The position numbers were made by a program, and so were the translations under genes. A stretch of DNA of 64,000 nucleotides from an uncultured Rhodospirillaceae bacterium. GTDB taxonomy: Bacteria; Pseudomonadota; Alphaproteobacteria; UBA2966. This document shows positions 40,746 through 50,766 of this stretch, in pieces; within the stretch, counting starts at the first letter, position 1; each line of letters starts with the position of its first letter. The stretch is taken from the NCBI GenBank assembly GCA_964528595.1, contig CAZGTM010000005.1:11499-75498 (forward strand), written 5' to 3'. The notes beneath the pieces were generated by a model. The model was not told the DNA's origin, did not search any database, and saw only the letters and a list, made by a program, of their open reading frames with translations.

Positions 40746-41294
40746 TCAGTTCTTGGCCGCGGCCTGTTCCTGAAGCTGTTCGACCAGCGGCAGGATGCTT
40801 TGGTTGAGGACGTCCCGCGTCATGACGCCGACGTGCTTGTAGCGGATGCGGCCCTTGGCATCGATGACGAAGGTTTCCGGCACGCCGTAGACGCCCCATT
40901 CGATCCCGGCCTTGCCCTTGCGGTCGGCGCCGGTGCGTTCGTAAGGATCGCCGTAGCGGTCGAGCCACTTGGAGGCGTTGTCGGGATCGTCCTTGTAGTT
41001 GATGCCGTGCAGGGGGACCTGCTTGTCTTCGGCGACGTCCATCCACAGGGGATGTTCGACACGGCAGGGGCCGCACCACGAGGCGAATACGTTGACCAGC
41101 GCCACCTCGCCGTTTTCGAGATCGGCTGTTTTGAGACCCAATGTCCGGCCCTTGACGGCGTCGAGGTCAAACTCCGGCACCGGTTTGTCGATCAGCGCGG
41201 AGGGTATTTTCTTGGGCTCCAGGCTGAGGCCGACGTAGAGGACGACCGACAGGATGCCGAAAACCACCAGGGGAAACAAATAGCCGAGACGCAT
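40746..41294 (-). CDS. ccmG: Thiol:disulfide interchange protein CcmG/DsbE (CycY)
   Basis: Thioredoxin fold with the WCGPC active site. Confidence 0.9.
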   Translation of the reverse strand: MRLGYLFPLVVFGILSVVLYVGLSLEPKKIPSALIDKPVPEFDLDAVKGRTLGLKTADLENGEVALVNVFASWCGPCRVEHPLWMDVAEDKQVPLHGINYKDDPDNASKWLDRYGDPYERTGADRKGKAGIEWGVYGVPETFVIDAKGRIRYKHVGVMTRDVLNQSILPLVEQLQEQAAAKN

Positions 41295-43280
41295 CTAAGC
41301 CCTCGCTCCTTCGGGCATGGCACCGGCTCGTCGTTTAGCCGGTGCGCCGACGCGGTGCCGGCGGTCGGACAGCGACACGAACCCGCCCACCAGCATGATG
41401 ATGGAGCCGGTCCAGATCCACACCACCAGGGGCTTGACGTAGAAGCGGGTGGCATAACCGCCCTGGCCGTCGGGATCGCCGATCACGGCGTAAAGATCGC
41501 CGCTCAGGGTGGGCCGGATGGCGGCCTCGGTGGTCGTCATGGGCGAGGTTTGGTAACTGCGCGTCTCCGGTTCCATGATTGCCATGAGCTTGCCGTTTTG
41601 CGCCACGTCGAAGGTGCCGCGAAGCGCCGTGTAGTTGGGGCCTTGGACTTCGCCGGCGCGGCGCAGGGTGAGTTCGTAGGAGCCGATGGCGATGGTCTCA
41701 TTAGGCCGCATGACGCGGGCCGCTTCCTGGGTCCAGGCCTCGACGCCGGTAATGCCGATGATCACCAGGCCGACGCCGATATGGGCCAGCGTCATGCCGT
41801 GGGCTGCGCGCGGCAGGCCGGCCAGGCGGCGCAGGCTGGCCGCCGGCGAGATCCGGAACAGTTTGATGCGGCCCATCCATTCGAGGGCGGATCCGGCCAC
41901 CAGCCAGATACCGAGCGCCATGCCCATGACGGCCAACAGCGGGCCGCCGGTCGCGATATACCAGGTGGCGAAGGCGGCGGCGGCGCTGAGGAAGAAGGCG
42001 AACTTGAGCCGGCCCAGCGCGCCCATGATGTCGCCGCGTTTCCAGGCCAGCATGGGTCCCACCGCGACCGCCACGAACAGGGGCACCATCAGGGGCACGA
42101 AGGTGGCGTTGAAGTAAGGCGGGCCGACCGACACCTTTTCGCCGGTCAGGGCATCCAGGAACAGCGGATAGAGCGTACCCAGCAGGACCGTGGCGCAGGC
42201 CGTGGTGAGCAGCAGATTGTTGAGCACCAGGGCGCCTTCGCGGCTGATCGGGGCGAACAGGCCGCCGCTTTTGAGGGCCGGTCCGCGCCAGGCGAATAGC
42301 GTGAGCGAGCCGCCGATAACGACGCCCAGGAAGAGCAGGATGTAGACGCCGCGTTCGGGGTCGGTGGCGAAGGCGTGGACCGAGGTCAGCACGCCCGAGC
42401 GCACGATGAAGGTGCCCAGCAAGCTCATGGAGAACGTCAGGATGGCCAGCAGGATGGTCCAGGCCTTCAGGGTGTCGCGCTTTTCGACGACGATGGCGGA
42501 ATGCAGCAGCGCCGTGCCCAACAGCCAGGGCATGAACGAGGCGTTTTCCACCGGATCCCAGAACCACCAGCCGCCCCAGCCCAGTTCATAATAGGCCCAC
42601 CAGCTGCCCATGGCGATGCCGATGGTGAGGAAGCACCAGGCCACCAGCGTCCAGGGCCGCACCCAGCGCGCCCAGGCGGGATCGACCCGGCCCTCGATCA
42701 ACGCGGCGATGGCGAAGGAGAATGCCATGGAGAAGCCGACGTAACCGAGATAGAGGAACGGCGGGTGGAAGGCGAGACCGGGATCCTGCAGCAATGGGTT
42801 CAGTCCGCGCCCGTCCAACGGCGGGTCGGCCAGGCGCTCGAAAGGACTGGAAGTAAACAGGATGAAGAGCAGGAACCCGACGCCCACCAACGCCTGAATG
42901 CTGAGCACGCGGGCGCGCAGGTTGGGCGGCAGGTTACGCCCGAACACGGCGACGGCGCCGCCGAACAGGCTGAGGATCAGGATCCACAGCAGCAGCGAGC
43001 CTTCGTGGTTGCCCCAGACGCCGGAAATCTTATAGAGCATCGGCTTGGCCGAATGGGAGTTTTTGGCGACGTTGACGACGCTGAAATCCGACGTCACAAA
43101 AGCATAAGTTAGGGCGCCGAAGGCGACGGTGACGAAAAACAGCTGTCCGAGCGCGGCGGGGCGGGCGACCGCCACCCAGGGCCCGTAACGGCGTTGCGCG
43201 CCGATCAGCGGCACGGTGCCCTGGACCAATGCCAGAACAAGGGCCAGGATCAGGGCGAAATGGCCGATTTCGGAAATCAT
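41295..43280 (-). CDS. ccmF: Cytochrome c-type biogenesis protein CcmF (haem lyase subunit)
   Basis: 661-aa polytopic protein with WWGGWWFWDPVEN (the WWD domain). Confidence 0.95.
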   Translation of the reverse strand: MISEIGHFALILALVLALVQGTVPLIGAQRRYGPWVAVARPAALGQLFFVTVAFGALTYAFVTSDFSVVNVAKNSHSAKPMLYKISGVWGNHEGSLLLWILILSLFGGAVAVFGRNLPPNLRARVLSIQALVGVGFLLFILFTSSPFERLADPPLDGRGLNPLLQDPGLAFHPPFLYLGYVGFSMAFSFAIAALIEGRVDPAWARWVRPWTLVAWCFLTIGIAMGSWWAYYELGWGGWWFWDPVENASFMPWLLGTALLHSAIVVEKRDTLKAWTILLAILTFSMSLLGTFIVRSGVLTSVHAFATDPERGVYILLFLGVVIGGSLTLFAWRGPALKSGGLFAPISREGALVLNNLLLTTACATVLLGTLYPLFLDALTGEKVSVGPPYFNATFVPLMVPLFVAVAVGPMLAWKRGDIMGALGRLKFAFFLSAAAAFATWYIATGGPLLAVMGMALGIWLVAGSALEWMGRIKLFRISPAASLRRLAGLPRAAHGMTLAHIGVGLVIIGITGVEAWTQEAARVMRPNETIAIGSYELTLRRAGEVQGPNYTALRGTFDVAQNGKLMAIMEPETRSYQTSPMTTTEAAIRPTLSGDLYAVIGDPDGQGGYATRFYVKPLVVWIWTGSIIMLVGGFVSLSDRRHRVGAPAKRRAGAMPEGARA

Positions 43281-43289
43281 GGCGTCCGC

Positions 43290-43727
43290 CTACTCACCCT
43301 TCCACTGGCCCGATTTCTTGATCGCCTCGGCGACCTCGGGCGGCATGTAATTTTCGTCATGCTTGGCCAGCACTTCGGTGGCGTGGAACACGCCTTTGGC
43401 GTCAAGCTTGCCTTCCGCCACGACGCCTTGCCCTTCGCGGAACAGGTCGGGCAGCATGCCGGTGAAAGTGACCTGCACGGCGTTGGCGGTGTCGGTGATG
43501 CGGAAGTTCGTCGTCATGCCGTCTTCGCCCTTGGCGACGCTTTCCTCCTCGACCAGGCCGCCGAGGCGGAAACGGCGCTCCGCCGGAATGGACTTCTCGG
43601 TAACCTCGGTGGGGCTGTGGAAGAACACCAGGTTGTCGCTGAAGGCGTTCAGCATCAGCGCGGCGGCGGCGCCCAGCAGCATCATGCCGAAAAGCACCAA
43701 ATAGAGGCGGCGGCGTTTGCGGGTCAT
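43290..43727 (-). CDS. ccmE: Cytochrome c-type biogenesis haem chaperone CcmE
   Basis: 145 aa, N-terminal TM, conserved FRLGG..V and the C-terminal haem-binding His region ([12 protein letters not shown]). Confidence 0.9.
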   Translation of the reverse strand: MTRKRRRLYLVLFGMMLLGAAAALMLNAFSDNLVFFHSPTEVTEKSIPAERRFRLGGLVEEESVAKGEDGMTTNFRITDTANAVQVTFTGMLPDLFREGQGVVAEGKLDAKGVFHATEVLAKHDENYMPPEVAEAIKKSGQWKGE

Positions 43728-43918
43728 TTGGCAGCCGCCGTTCCGTTGCGGGCGTCGCCGCGCTCCGCCTGCAGCGTTTCCAGCATGGCCCGCTCATTCT
43801 TGAGGGCGATCCAGCTCTGGACCGCCAGGCCGATCATGATGATCGCGGCGATGCCGAAGGCGGGCCAGACAAAGACCGCGTATCCCCCCATATCGAGGAA
43901 TTCTGAAAACGAACTCAT
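43724..43918 (-). CDS. ccmD: Haem exporter protein CcmD
   Basis: 64-aa single-TM protein between ccmC and ccmE. 4-nt overlap with ccmE. Confidence 0.75.
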   Translation of the reverse strand: MSSFSEFLDMGGYAVFVWPAFGIAAIIMIGLAVQSWIALKNERAMLETLQAERGDARNGTAAAK

Positions 43919-43924
43919 GGCGCT

Positions 43925-44653
43925 TTATCCTTGAACTTGCGCGAGGCGGATGGCGCGGACCTTCCGCGCCAGAATTTCCCGCTGGGCCCTAAGTATGACC
44001 ACGGCGACATAGAAGGCCGTAAATCCGAGGGCCATGAGCAGCAGCGGGATCAGCATGGAGACGTGGATCGCCGGACCGCCCATTTTAACCACGCTGGCGG
44101 GTTGATGAAGCGTGTTCCACCAATCTACCGAAAATTTGATGATGGGGACGTTGACGAATCCCACCAACGACAGGATGGCCGCAGCCTTGGCGGCGCGTTG
44201 CGGATCGTCGAAGGCCTGCCACAGGGCCATATAACCGATATAGAGGAAAAACAGCACCAAAACAGAGGTCAGGCGGGCGTCCCAGACCCACCAGGTGCCC
44301 CACATGGGCTGACCCCAGAGCGATCCCGTGGCCAGGGCGATGAAGGTGAAACCCGCCCCGATCGGCGCCGACCCCTTGGCCATCAGGTCGGCTACCGGGT
44401 GTTTCCAGATCAGGCCGGTGGCGCTGGCGATGGCCATCGAAGTGTAAACGAACAGCGCCATCCAGGCGGCCGGCACGTGTACGAACATGATGCGCACGCT
44501 TTCGCCCTGCTGATAATCGGCCGGCGCGACGAACAGGCCGAGATAGAGACCAACGGCGATGAGCACGACGGCCAGGCCGGCGGTCCACGGCAATAGGGCG
44601 GAGGTCAGGCGCAGGAAGCGCGTGGGGTTGGCGAAACGGTGTAGGGTCTGCAT
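43925..44653 (-). CDS. ccmC: Haem exporter protein CcmC
   Basis: WGQPMWGTWWVWDARLTS (WWD domain), 242 aa. Confidence 0.95.
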   Translation of the reverse strand: MQTLHRFANPTRFLRLTSALLPWTAGLAVVLIAVGLYLGLFVAPADYQQGESVRIMFVHVPAAWMALFVYTSMAIASATGLIWKHPVADLMAKGSAPIGAGFTFIALATGSLWGQPMWGTWWVWDARLTSVLVLFFLYIGYMALWQAFDDPQRAAKAAAILSLVGFVNVPIIKFSVDWWNTLHQPASVVKMGGPAIHVSMLIPLLLMALGFTAFYVAVVILRAQREILARKVRAIRLAQVQG

Positions 44654-44746
44654 GGCGGGGTTTATATCGCTGTTTCGGGGTGTTTAGGCAAGTCCATTAG
44701 ATGCGGCCAAACGACGCGTGTAATTGATATTTGTCAAGTTGACGGA

Positions 44747-45412
44747 TCATTCAAGGTTCAATCTCAGCGCGGCCGCCGCACCCCAGGGGCACAGGGCGAT
44801 GGTGCCCAGCATCATGGCAGCCAGAACCAGCAGATGCGGGCGTTCCGAGAGCCCGCCGATGGCCGCGTCGATGGCGCCGACGCCGAAGATCAGCACCGGG
44901 ATATAGAGCGGCAGCACCAGCAAAGACAGCAACACGCCGCCGCGCCGCACGCCGACCGTCAGGGCCGCCCCGATGGCGCCGATCAGGCTCAGCGCCGGCG
45001 TGCCCAAAAGCATGGCGACCATCAGCGTCACATAACCGGCCGGTTCCAGGTGCAGCAGCACGCCCAGCAGCGGCGCGACGATGATCAGCGGCAGGCCCGT
45101 GGTCAGCCAGTGCGCCGTGCACTTGGCCAGCACCGTCATCTCCAGCGGCATCGACCCCATGGTCAGGAGATCGAGGCTGCCGTCCTCGAAATCGGCCTGG
45201 AACAGGCGGTCCAGCGACAGCATTGAGGCCAGTAGGGCCGCGACCCAGAGGACGCCGGAACTGATGCGCTGCAGGATGTTGATCTCGGGCCCGACGCCCA
45301 AGGGGAAAAGCGTCACTGTCAATACGAAGAACATCACCACCATGGTGCCGGCGCTGCCCTGTCTCAGCGCCAATTGAACGTCGCGGCGGACGATCCTCAA
45401 GAACCGGTTCAT
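44747..45412 (-). CDS. ccmB: Haem exporter permease CcmB
   Basis: MNRFLRIVRRDVQLALR..., a six-TM CcmB pattern. ATGA overlap with the ccmA stop. The longer track ORF is upstream read-through. Confidence 0.9.
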   Translation of the reverse strand: MNRFLRIVRRDVQLALRQGSAGTMVVMFFVLTVTLFPLGVGPEINILQRISSGVLWVAALLASMLSLDRLFQADFEDGSLDLLTMGSMPLEMTVLAKCTAHWLTTGLPLIIVAPLLGVLLHLEPAGYVTLMVAMLLGTPALSLIGAIGAALTVGVRRGGVLLSLLVLPLYIPVLIFGVGAIDAAIGGLSERPHLLVLAAMMLGTIALCPWGAAAALRLNLE

Positions 45413-46092
45413 ATCGTCCGCGCCTCGTCCAGGCGGAGCACGTTGCCGTCTTCGACGCCGAGGTCGATGTGGGTCGCCACCATGACCATGCCGCCGCCGG
45501 CGCGGTGTTCGGCGATCAGGCCGGCCAGCAGGGCCACGGCGTCGGTATCCAGCGAAACGGACGGTTCGTCCAGCAGCCACAGCGGTTTTGGGATGGCGGC
45601 GATGCGGGCGATGTTGAGCCGCCGGCGCTGGCCGGCCGAAAGATACCTTCCCGGCACGTCGGCGATCCGGCTGAGTCCCAGGCGTTCCAGTCCAAGGGCG
45701 GCGTCGTCGCCGGGATTGTCGCTGCCTTCGAAGGCCGCCCAAAACGCCAGGTTCTCGCTCACCGTGAAGGCCGGTTTGACGGCGTCGAGGTGGCCGACGT
45801 AGTGCATGCGGTCGCGGAATTCCTCGATCTCGCCGGGCTCGTTTTCGTCGCGCCAGATCAGCCTTCCCTCGGCCGGTTTGAGAAAACCGGCGGCGAGGCG
45901 CAGCAGCGTCGACTTACCGCTGCCGTTGGGCCCGCGCAGCACCAGGGCGTCACCGGCGGCGACGTCGAAGGAGAGGTCCTCGAGCACCAAGCGCTCACCG
46001 CGCACGCAGGACAGATTTTGACCGGAGAATGTCACGTTTAAAGCGGTCCCGTTGACAGTCATTTGGCCGGGCTCGACTAAACCTGGCCTCAT
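45409..46092 (-). CDS. ccmA: Haem ABC exporter ATP-binding protein CcmA
   Basis: Walker A (GPNGSGKST), the signature LSAGQRRR and Walker B (WLLDEP). Confidence 0.9.
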   Translation of the reverse strand: MRPGLVEPGQMTVNGTALNVTFSGQNLSCVRGERLVLEDLSFDVAAGDALVLRGPNGSGKSTLLRLAAGFLKPAEGRLIWRDENEPGEIEEFRDRMHYVGHLDAVKPAFTVSENLAFWAAFEGSDNPGDDAALGLERLGLSRIADVPGRYLSAGQRRRLNIARIAAIPKPLWLLDEPSVSLDTDAVALLAGLIAEHRAGGGMVMVATHIDLGVEDGNVLRLDEARTI

Positions 46093-46105
46093 TTCGGAGA
46101 CCTAG

Positions 46106-47344
46106 CTATTCGTATGTGCGCACGTCGTCAATAACTTTGCCGTCGTTGGGCAGGCTGCCGGGGGCGACGAATTCGACCTCACCGCGGACCTTGCAGACGG
46201 CCTGGATGCTCTCGGCAACGGCCTCGGCCAGGCCCTCGGGTGCACCCTCGACCTCGCATTTGAGGGTCATGACGTCCTTGCCGTCGGCGCTGTCGACGAC
46301 CAGGCGGGCCTTCTGGATTTCACCGTGCCGGGCCGCCGTCTGGTTGACCTGGGCGGGATGGACGAACATGCCTTTGACCTTGGTGGTCTGGTCGGCCCGC
46401 CCCATCCAGCCCTTGATGCGCCGGTTGGTCCGGCCGCACGGGCTTTGACCTTCCATCACGGCGGAGAGATCGCCGGTGGCGAAGCGGACCAGCGGGTAGG
46501 CCTCGCTCAGGATGGTCACCACGACCTCGCCGACCTCGCCGTCCGGCACCGGATCGCCGCTGCCCGGGCGCAGGATTTCGACGATGGCGCTCTCGTCCAT
46601 GATCATGCCTTCCATGGCGGGAGACTCATAGGCGATGCTGCCGAGCTCGGCGGTGCCGTAGCCCTGCAGACAGGTGACGCCGTGATCGTTGATTTCCTTG
46701 CGCAGGCTGGGCGGCAAGGCCTCGCCGCCGACGGCGGCCGAGCGGTAGGACGGCTTGACGCCGGCTTCCGCCGATTTGTCCAGGAGGATTTTGAGGAACG
46801 ACGGCGTTCCGGCATATGCCGCGGGTTGTAGATGGGCGACCGCGGCAATTTGCTGCTCGGTATTGCCGACGCCGCCGGGAAAGACCGGGCAGCCGATGGC
46901 CCGCGCGCCCGCTTCCATCATCATGCCGGCCGGCGTCAGGTGGTAGGAAAAGGTGTTGTGGACGATGTCGCCGGGACGCATGCCGGCGGCCCAGAAACCG
47001 CGCGCCATGCGCCAGTAATCGGCGATGGCCCCGCTGGGCTCGTAAATCGGGCCGGGAGATTGAAAAATCTGCGCCACTTGGCCGACGGGGATGCCGTTGA
47101 GCCCGCCGAAGGGCGGATTATCGGTCTGGCGTTGAACCAAGTCCGATTTCCGCGTGACCGGCAGGGCGGCCAGGGCGTCACGGCTATTGACGGCCTGAGG
47201 GTCGACGCCTTCGAGGATTTCGCCGAAATAGTCGGAATTTGATTTGGCGTGGGCGACCTGGGCGCTGAGCGCAGCCATCTGTTCGCTTTCCCGGACTTCG
47301 GGCGCACGGGTTTCGAGCTCGTCGTAGTATTCGCTGTCGGACAT
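46106..47344 (-). CDS. Phenylacetate-CoA ligase family protein (PaaK-like adenylate-forming enzyme)
   Basis: PaaK/F390-synthetase-like pattern across 412 aa (SGGTTG-type core degenerate; YGTAE; conserved C-terminal domain). Confidence 0.8.
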   Translation of the reverse strand: MSDSEYYDELETRAPEVRESEQMAALSAQVAHAKSNSDYFGEILEGVDPQAVNSRDALAALPVTRKSDLVQRQTDNPPFGGLNGIPVGQVAQIFQSPGPIYEPSGAIADYWRMARGFWAAGMRPGDIVHNTFSYHLTPAGMMMEAGARAIGCPVFPGGVGNTEQQIAAVAHLQPAAYAGTPSFLKILLDKSAEAGVKPSYRSAAVGGEALPPSLRKEINDHGVTCLQGYGTAELGSIAYESPAMEGMIMDESAIVEILRPGSGDPVPDGEVGEVVVTILSEAYPLVRFATGDLSAVMEGQSPCGRTNRRIKGWMGRADQTTKVKGMFVHPAQVNQTAARHGEIQKARLVVDSADGKDVMTLKCEVEGAPEGLAEAVAESIQAVCKVRGEVEFVAPGSLPNDGKVIDDVRTYE

Positions 47345-47382
47345 GGTAACTCTCTAACCGGCCCGCCGGGCCTTCGGGGGGA

Positions 47383-48198
47383 TCAGGCCAGCCAGCGCTT
47401 GCGCCGGCGGTAGTGCTTGACGTCGCGGTAGCTCTTGCGCTCGCCCGAGGAAACGCCGAGGTAAAATTCCTTTACGTCCTCATTGCTCGCGAGCTTGTCC
47501 GCATCGCCGTCCATCACGATGCGGCCGTTCTCCAGAATGTAGCCGTAATCGGCGAAACGCAGCGCCACGGCCGTGTTCTGTTCAGCCAACAGGAAGCTCA
47601 CTTTTTCTTCCTTGTTGAGGCGGTGCACGATGTCGAATATTTCCTCGACCAGCTGGGGCGCCAGGCCCATGGAGGGCTCGTCCAGCAGAATAAGCGACGG
47701 CCGTGCCATGAGCGCCCGGCCGATCGCGACCATCTGCTGTTCGCCGCCGGAAATATAACCGGCGAGCGACGACTGGCGGTCGACCAGCTTGGGGAAATAG
47801 CCGTAAACCATATCGAGGTCTTTCTGCACGGCGGCGCGCCCGTCCCGGCGGGTATACGCGCCGGTCATCAGGTTTTCCTCGACGGTTAAATGTTCAAAAC
47901 AGTGGCGGCCTTCCATGACCTGGACGACGCCTTTGCTGACCAGGTCGTTCGGCGTAAGCGCGTCGACCTGTTCGCCTTGATATAAAATCTTACCCTTGGT
48001 GACTTCGCCGCGTTCCGCCCGCAATAGGTTGGAAACCGCTTTCAGCGTCGTCGTCTTGCCGGCGCCGTTGGCCCCGAGGAGGGCGACGATGCCCCCCTCG
48101 GGAACCCCAAGGGAAACCCCCTTCAACACCAAGATCACGTGGTCGTAAACCACCTCGATATTGGTGACGTCCAGAAGTAGGTTGCCTTCTTCGCTCAT
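47383..48198 (-). CDS. Liv-type ABC transporter ATP-binding protein (LivF-like) with basic C-terminal extension
   Basis: Walker A (GANGAGKTT) and LSGGEQQM. Extra C-terminal residues YRDVKHYRRRKRWLA. Confidence 0.85.
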   Translation of the reverse strand: MSEEGNLLLDVTNIEVVYDHVILVLKGVSLGVPEGGIVALLGANGAGKTTTLKAVSNLLRAERGEVTKGKILYQGEQVDALTPNDLVSKGVVQVMEGRHCFEHLTVEENLMTGAYTRRDGRAAVQKDLDMVYGYFPKLVDRQSSLAGYISGGEQQMVAIGRALMARPSLILLDEPSMGLAPQLVEEIFDIVHRLNKEEKVSFLLAEQNTAVALRFADYGYILENGRIVMDGDADKLASNEDVKEFYLGVSSGERKSYRDVKHYRRRKRWLA

Positions 48199-48253
48199 TT
48201 CTTAGCTCCGGTCTCGGGGTCTTCCAACGTTTACGCGGATCACGATTTGCGGC

Positions 48254-49567
48254 TTAGCAGCTGCGCGGCGTGATGTTGTTTTCCTTGGCGAACGCAGCCG
48301 CGGCATCTTCGATCATCGGACGGATGATGTCCTGCATGGTGTCGACCCAGCCGGAAATGATCTTCCATTCGGAACCGGTCCACTGCTGGAACATCACCTT
48401 GCCGCCACCCTCGTGGTCGGCGCAGGAGACCTTGATCGGCCCCATGAAGCCCTTGGCGCCGAGTTCGCCCAAGCGGCCTTCGGTGAGGTCGAGGTTTTCC
48501 ATGCCCCAGCGGACTTGCTCACCGTTCAAGGCTTTGTCACCGTATTTGCCCATGGCGGTGCGCACGGACTCGGTGTCGTAGATGGCGTTGATGATGCCGC
48601 GGTTGTAGAGAACCTGACCGATCTGGTTCTTCGTCGCCGCAGCGGCATCGCCGCCGTAGACCTTGTCGATGATTTCCTGATGCAGGGCGGCGCTGGTGCC
48701 CGGCGTGTTGAAGGTCGCGGCCTTGTAGCCGATCGCCGTCTTACCGGCCGGGGTCACGTCCGGCTCGGCGCCCGACCACCAGTTGCCGATGAACTTGTCC
48801 ATCGGGAACTTAATGGCGGCGGCTTCCTTGATGGCCACCTGGTTCATGACGCCCCAACCCGTCAGGAAGACGTAGTCAGGCCGATAGCGGCGGATCTGCA
48901 GCCAAGCGGCTTTCTGTTCCTGACCCGGATGGTCGACGGCCAGCATCTTAATGTCGTAGCCGTACTTCTTGGCCAGAAGATTGAAGGTCGCGATGGGCTC
49001 TTTGCCGTAGGCGGAGTTGTGATAGACAAAGGCGATTTTCTTGCCTTTGAGCTTGTTCATGCCGCCTTCCTGCTGGCCGATGTAGTTGATGAAGGCAGCG
49101 GCCTGGCTCCAATAGGAGGTCGGGAACGTGAAGGCCCACTTGAAGACGCGACCGTCACCGGCGGCGGTGCGGCCATAACCCATGGAATGCACGGGAATCT
49201 TGTCGACGGCGGCCTTGGGGATCAACTGGTAGGTGATACCGGTCGAATTCGGGTTGAACACCGTGGCGCCCGCGTCACCCTTGTTCTTGAGTTTTTCGTA
49301 GCACTCGACGCCGATCTTGGTGTTGTACTTCGTCTCGCATTCTTCGAACTTGACCATGACGCCGTTGATGCCGCCACGTTTGTTCACCAACCTGAGATAA
49401 TCGGTGTAACCGTTGGCGAGCGGAATGCCGCCGACGGCGTAGGGTCCGGTGCGATAGACGATCAGGGGGAAGAATTGTTCCCCAGCCGCCTGCGCCTTGG
49501 ACACCAGAACCGGTGTCACAAGCACGGCCGCGCCGATGGCGGCCAGAAGCATTTTCTTTAAGTTCAT
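48254..49567 (-). CDS. Liv-type ABC transporter periplasmic substrate-binding protein (large, 437 aa)
   Basis: Signal peptide (AAIGAAVLVTPVLVSKAQA) and a type I PBP pattern. Confidence 0.85.
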   Translation of the reverse strand: MNLKKMLLAAIGAAVLVTPVLVSKAQAAGEQFFPLIVYRTGPYAVGGIPLANGYTDYLRLVNKRGGINGVMVKFEECETKYNTKIGVECYEKLKNKGDAGATVFNPNSTGITYQLIPKAAVDKIPVHSMGYGRTAAGDGRVFKWAFTFPTSYWSQAAAFINYIGQQEGGMNKLKGKKIAFVYHNSAYGKEPIATFNLLAKKYGYDIKMLAVDHPGQEQKAAWLQIRRYRPDYVFLTGWGVMNQVAIKEAAAIKFPMDKFIGNWWSGAEPDVTPAGKTAIGYKAATFNTPGTSAALHQEIIDKVYGGDAAAATKNQIGQVLYNRGIINAIYDTESVRTAMGKYGDKALNGEQVRWGMENLDLTEGRLGELGAKGFMGPIKVSCADHEGGGKVMFQQWTGSEWKIISGWVDTMQDIIRPMIEDAAAAFAKENNITPRSC

Positions 49568-49685
49568 CGTTATTCCTCCCTGTTATTGAGCAGGTCGCCC
49601 TGCCTGATGAAAGCCTAGCACTAAGACTTCCGACGCGCCAATGCCTGTATCGTGAACGTTTTGGCGCGAATCTCTGGTTCCTTCG

Positions 49686-50762
49686 CTAATACGGGAACGG
49701 CCACAATCGCAGTTTTTCCTTGGCGATTTGCCATAATCGGGCGAAGCCCAGCGGCTCCGCGATCAGGAAAAAGATAATCAGGCCGCCGAATATCATGACC
49801 TCGAAGTGTTTCTGCGTATCGATGGCGATCTGCATGCCGAACGTTTGCGGCAAATTGGTCAGCAGGATCGGCACGGACGTTATGAAAGCGGCGCCCAGGA
49901 ACGATCCCAGGATGCTGCCCAGGCCGCCGATAATGACCATGAAGAGGACCTGGAACGAGATGTCGATGGAAAAAGCTTCGGTTTCGACGCTGCCGAGCCA
50001 GGTAAAGACCGTCAACGCGCCGGCCACGCCGCAGTAGAACGAGGATATGGCGAAGGCCGACAATTTGGTCTGCATCGGCCGGATGCCGATGATTTCGGCC
50101 GCGATGTCCATGTCGCGGATGGCCATCCAGGAGCGCCCGATATGGCCGCGCGTCAGGTTTTTGGCGACCAGCGCCAGGACCATCACGATACAGAGCGTGA
50201 CGAAGTATCTGACCTCCGCCGTCGCCTCGGGACCCGTGATCATGACGCCGAACATGGTGCGCGGCGGCGCGGTGATGGTGCCCGACGGGCTGTAATTGTA
50301 GAACCACGCCACTTTGTTGAACATCCACTGCAGGAAGAACTGGGCCGCCAGGGTGGCCACCGCCAGGTAGAAGCCCTTGATGCGCAGGCTGGGCACGCCG
50401 AACATGATGCCGACGAAAGAGGCGATCAAACCCGACAGCGCGAACACGATGATCATGTTCATGTCAGGGAAGGCCGTGGTCAGCTTGTAGGCGGCGTAAC
50501 CGCCGCAGGCCATGAAACCGCCGGTGCCGAGCGACAGCTGGCCGCAATATCCCAGCAGCAGGTTGAGGCCGATGGTTGCGAGCGCGAAGATCAAGAACGG
50601 GATCAGCACCGCCTGAAGCATGTATTCATCGGCCGTGAAAGGCACGACGACAAAGGCGATCACCAGCGCGATGGCCAGGAACCAGCGGTCCTGGGCGATG
50701 GGGAAAATCGCCTGATCGTCGGCGTAAGCGGTCTTGAACTGACCGGATTCGCGGTAAAGCAT
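49686..50762 (-). CDS. Liv-type ABC transporter permease (LivM-like)
   Basis: ATG at about 50762 (MLYRESG...). Polytopic membrane protein. Sequence upstream in the longer ORF has no coding character. Confidence 0.85.
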   Translation of the reverse strand: MLYRESGQFKTAYADDQAIFPIAQDRWFLAIALVIAFVVVPFTADEYMLQAVLIPFLIFALATIGLNLLLGYCGQLSLGTGGFMACGGYAAYKLTTAFPDMNMIIVFALSGLIASFVGIMFGVPSLRIKGFYLAVATLAAQFFLQWMFNKVAWFYNYSPSGTITAPPRTMFGVMITGPEATAEVRYFVTLCIVMVLALVAKNLTRGHIGRSWMAIRDMDIAAEIIGIRPMQTKLSAFAISSFYCGVAGALTVFTWLGSVETEAFSIDISFQVLFMVIIGGLGSILGSFLGAAFITSVPILLTNLPQTFGMQIAIDTQKHFEVMIFGGLIIFFLIAEPLGFARLWQIAKEKLRLWPFPY

Positions 50763-50766
50763 GCGC

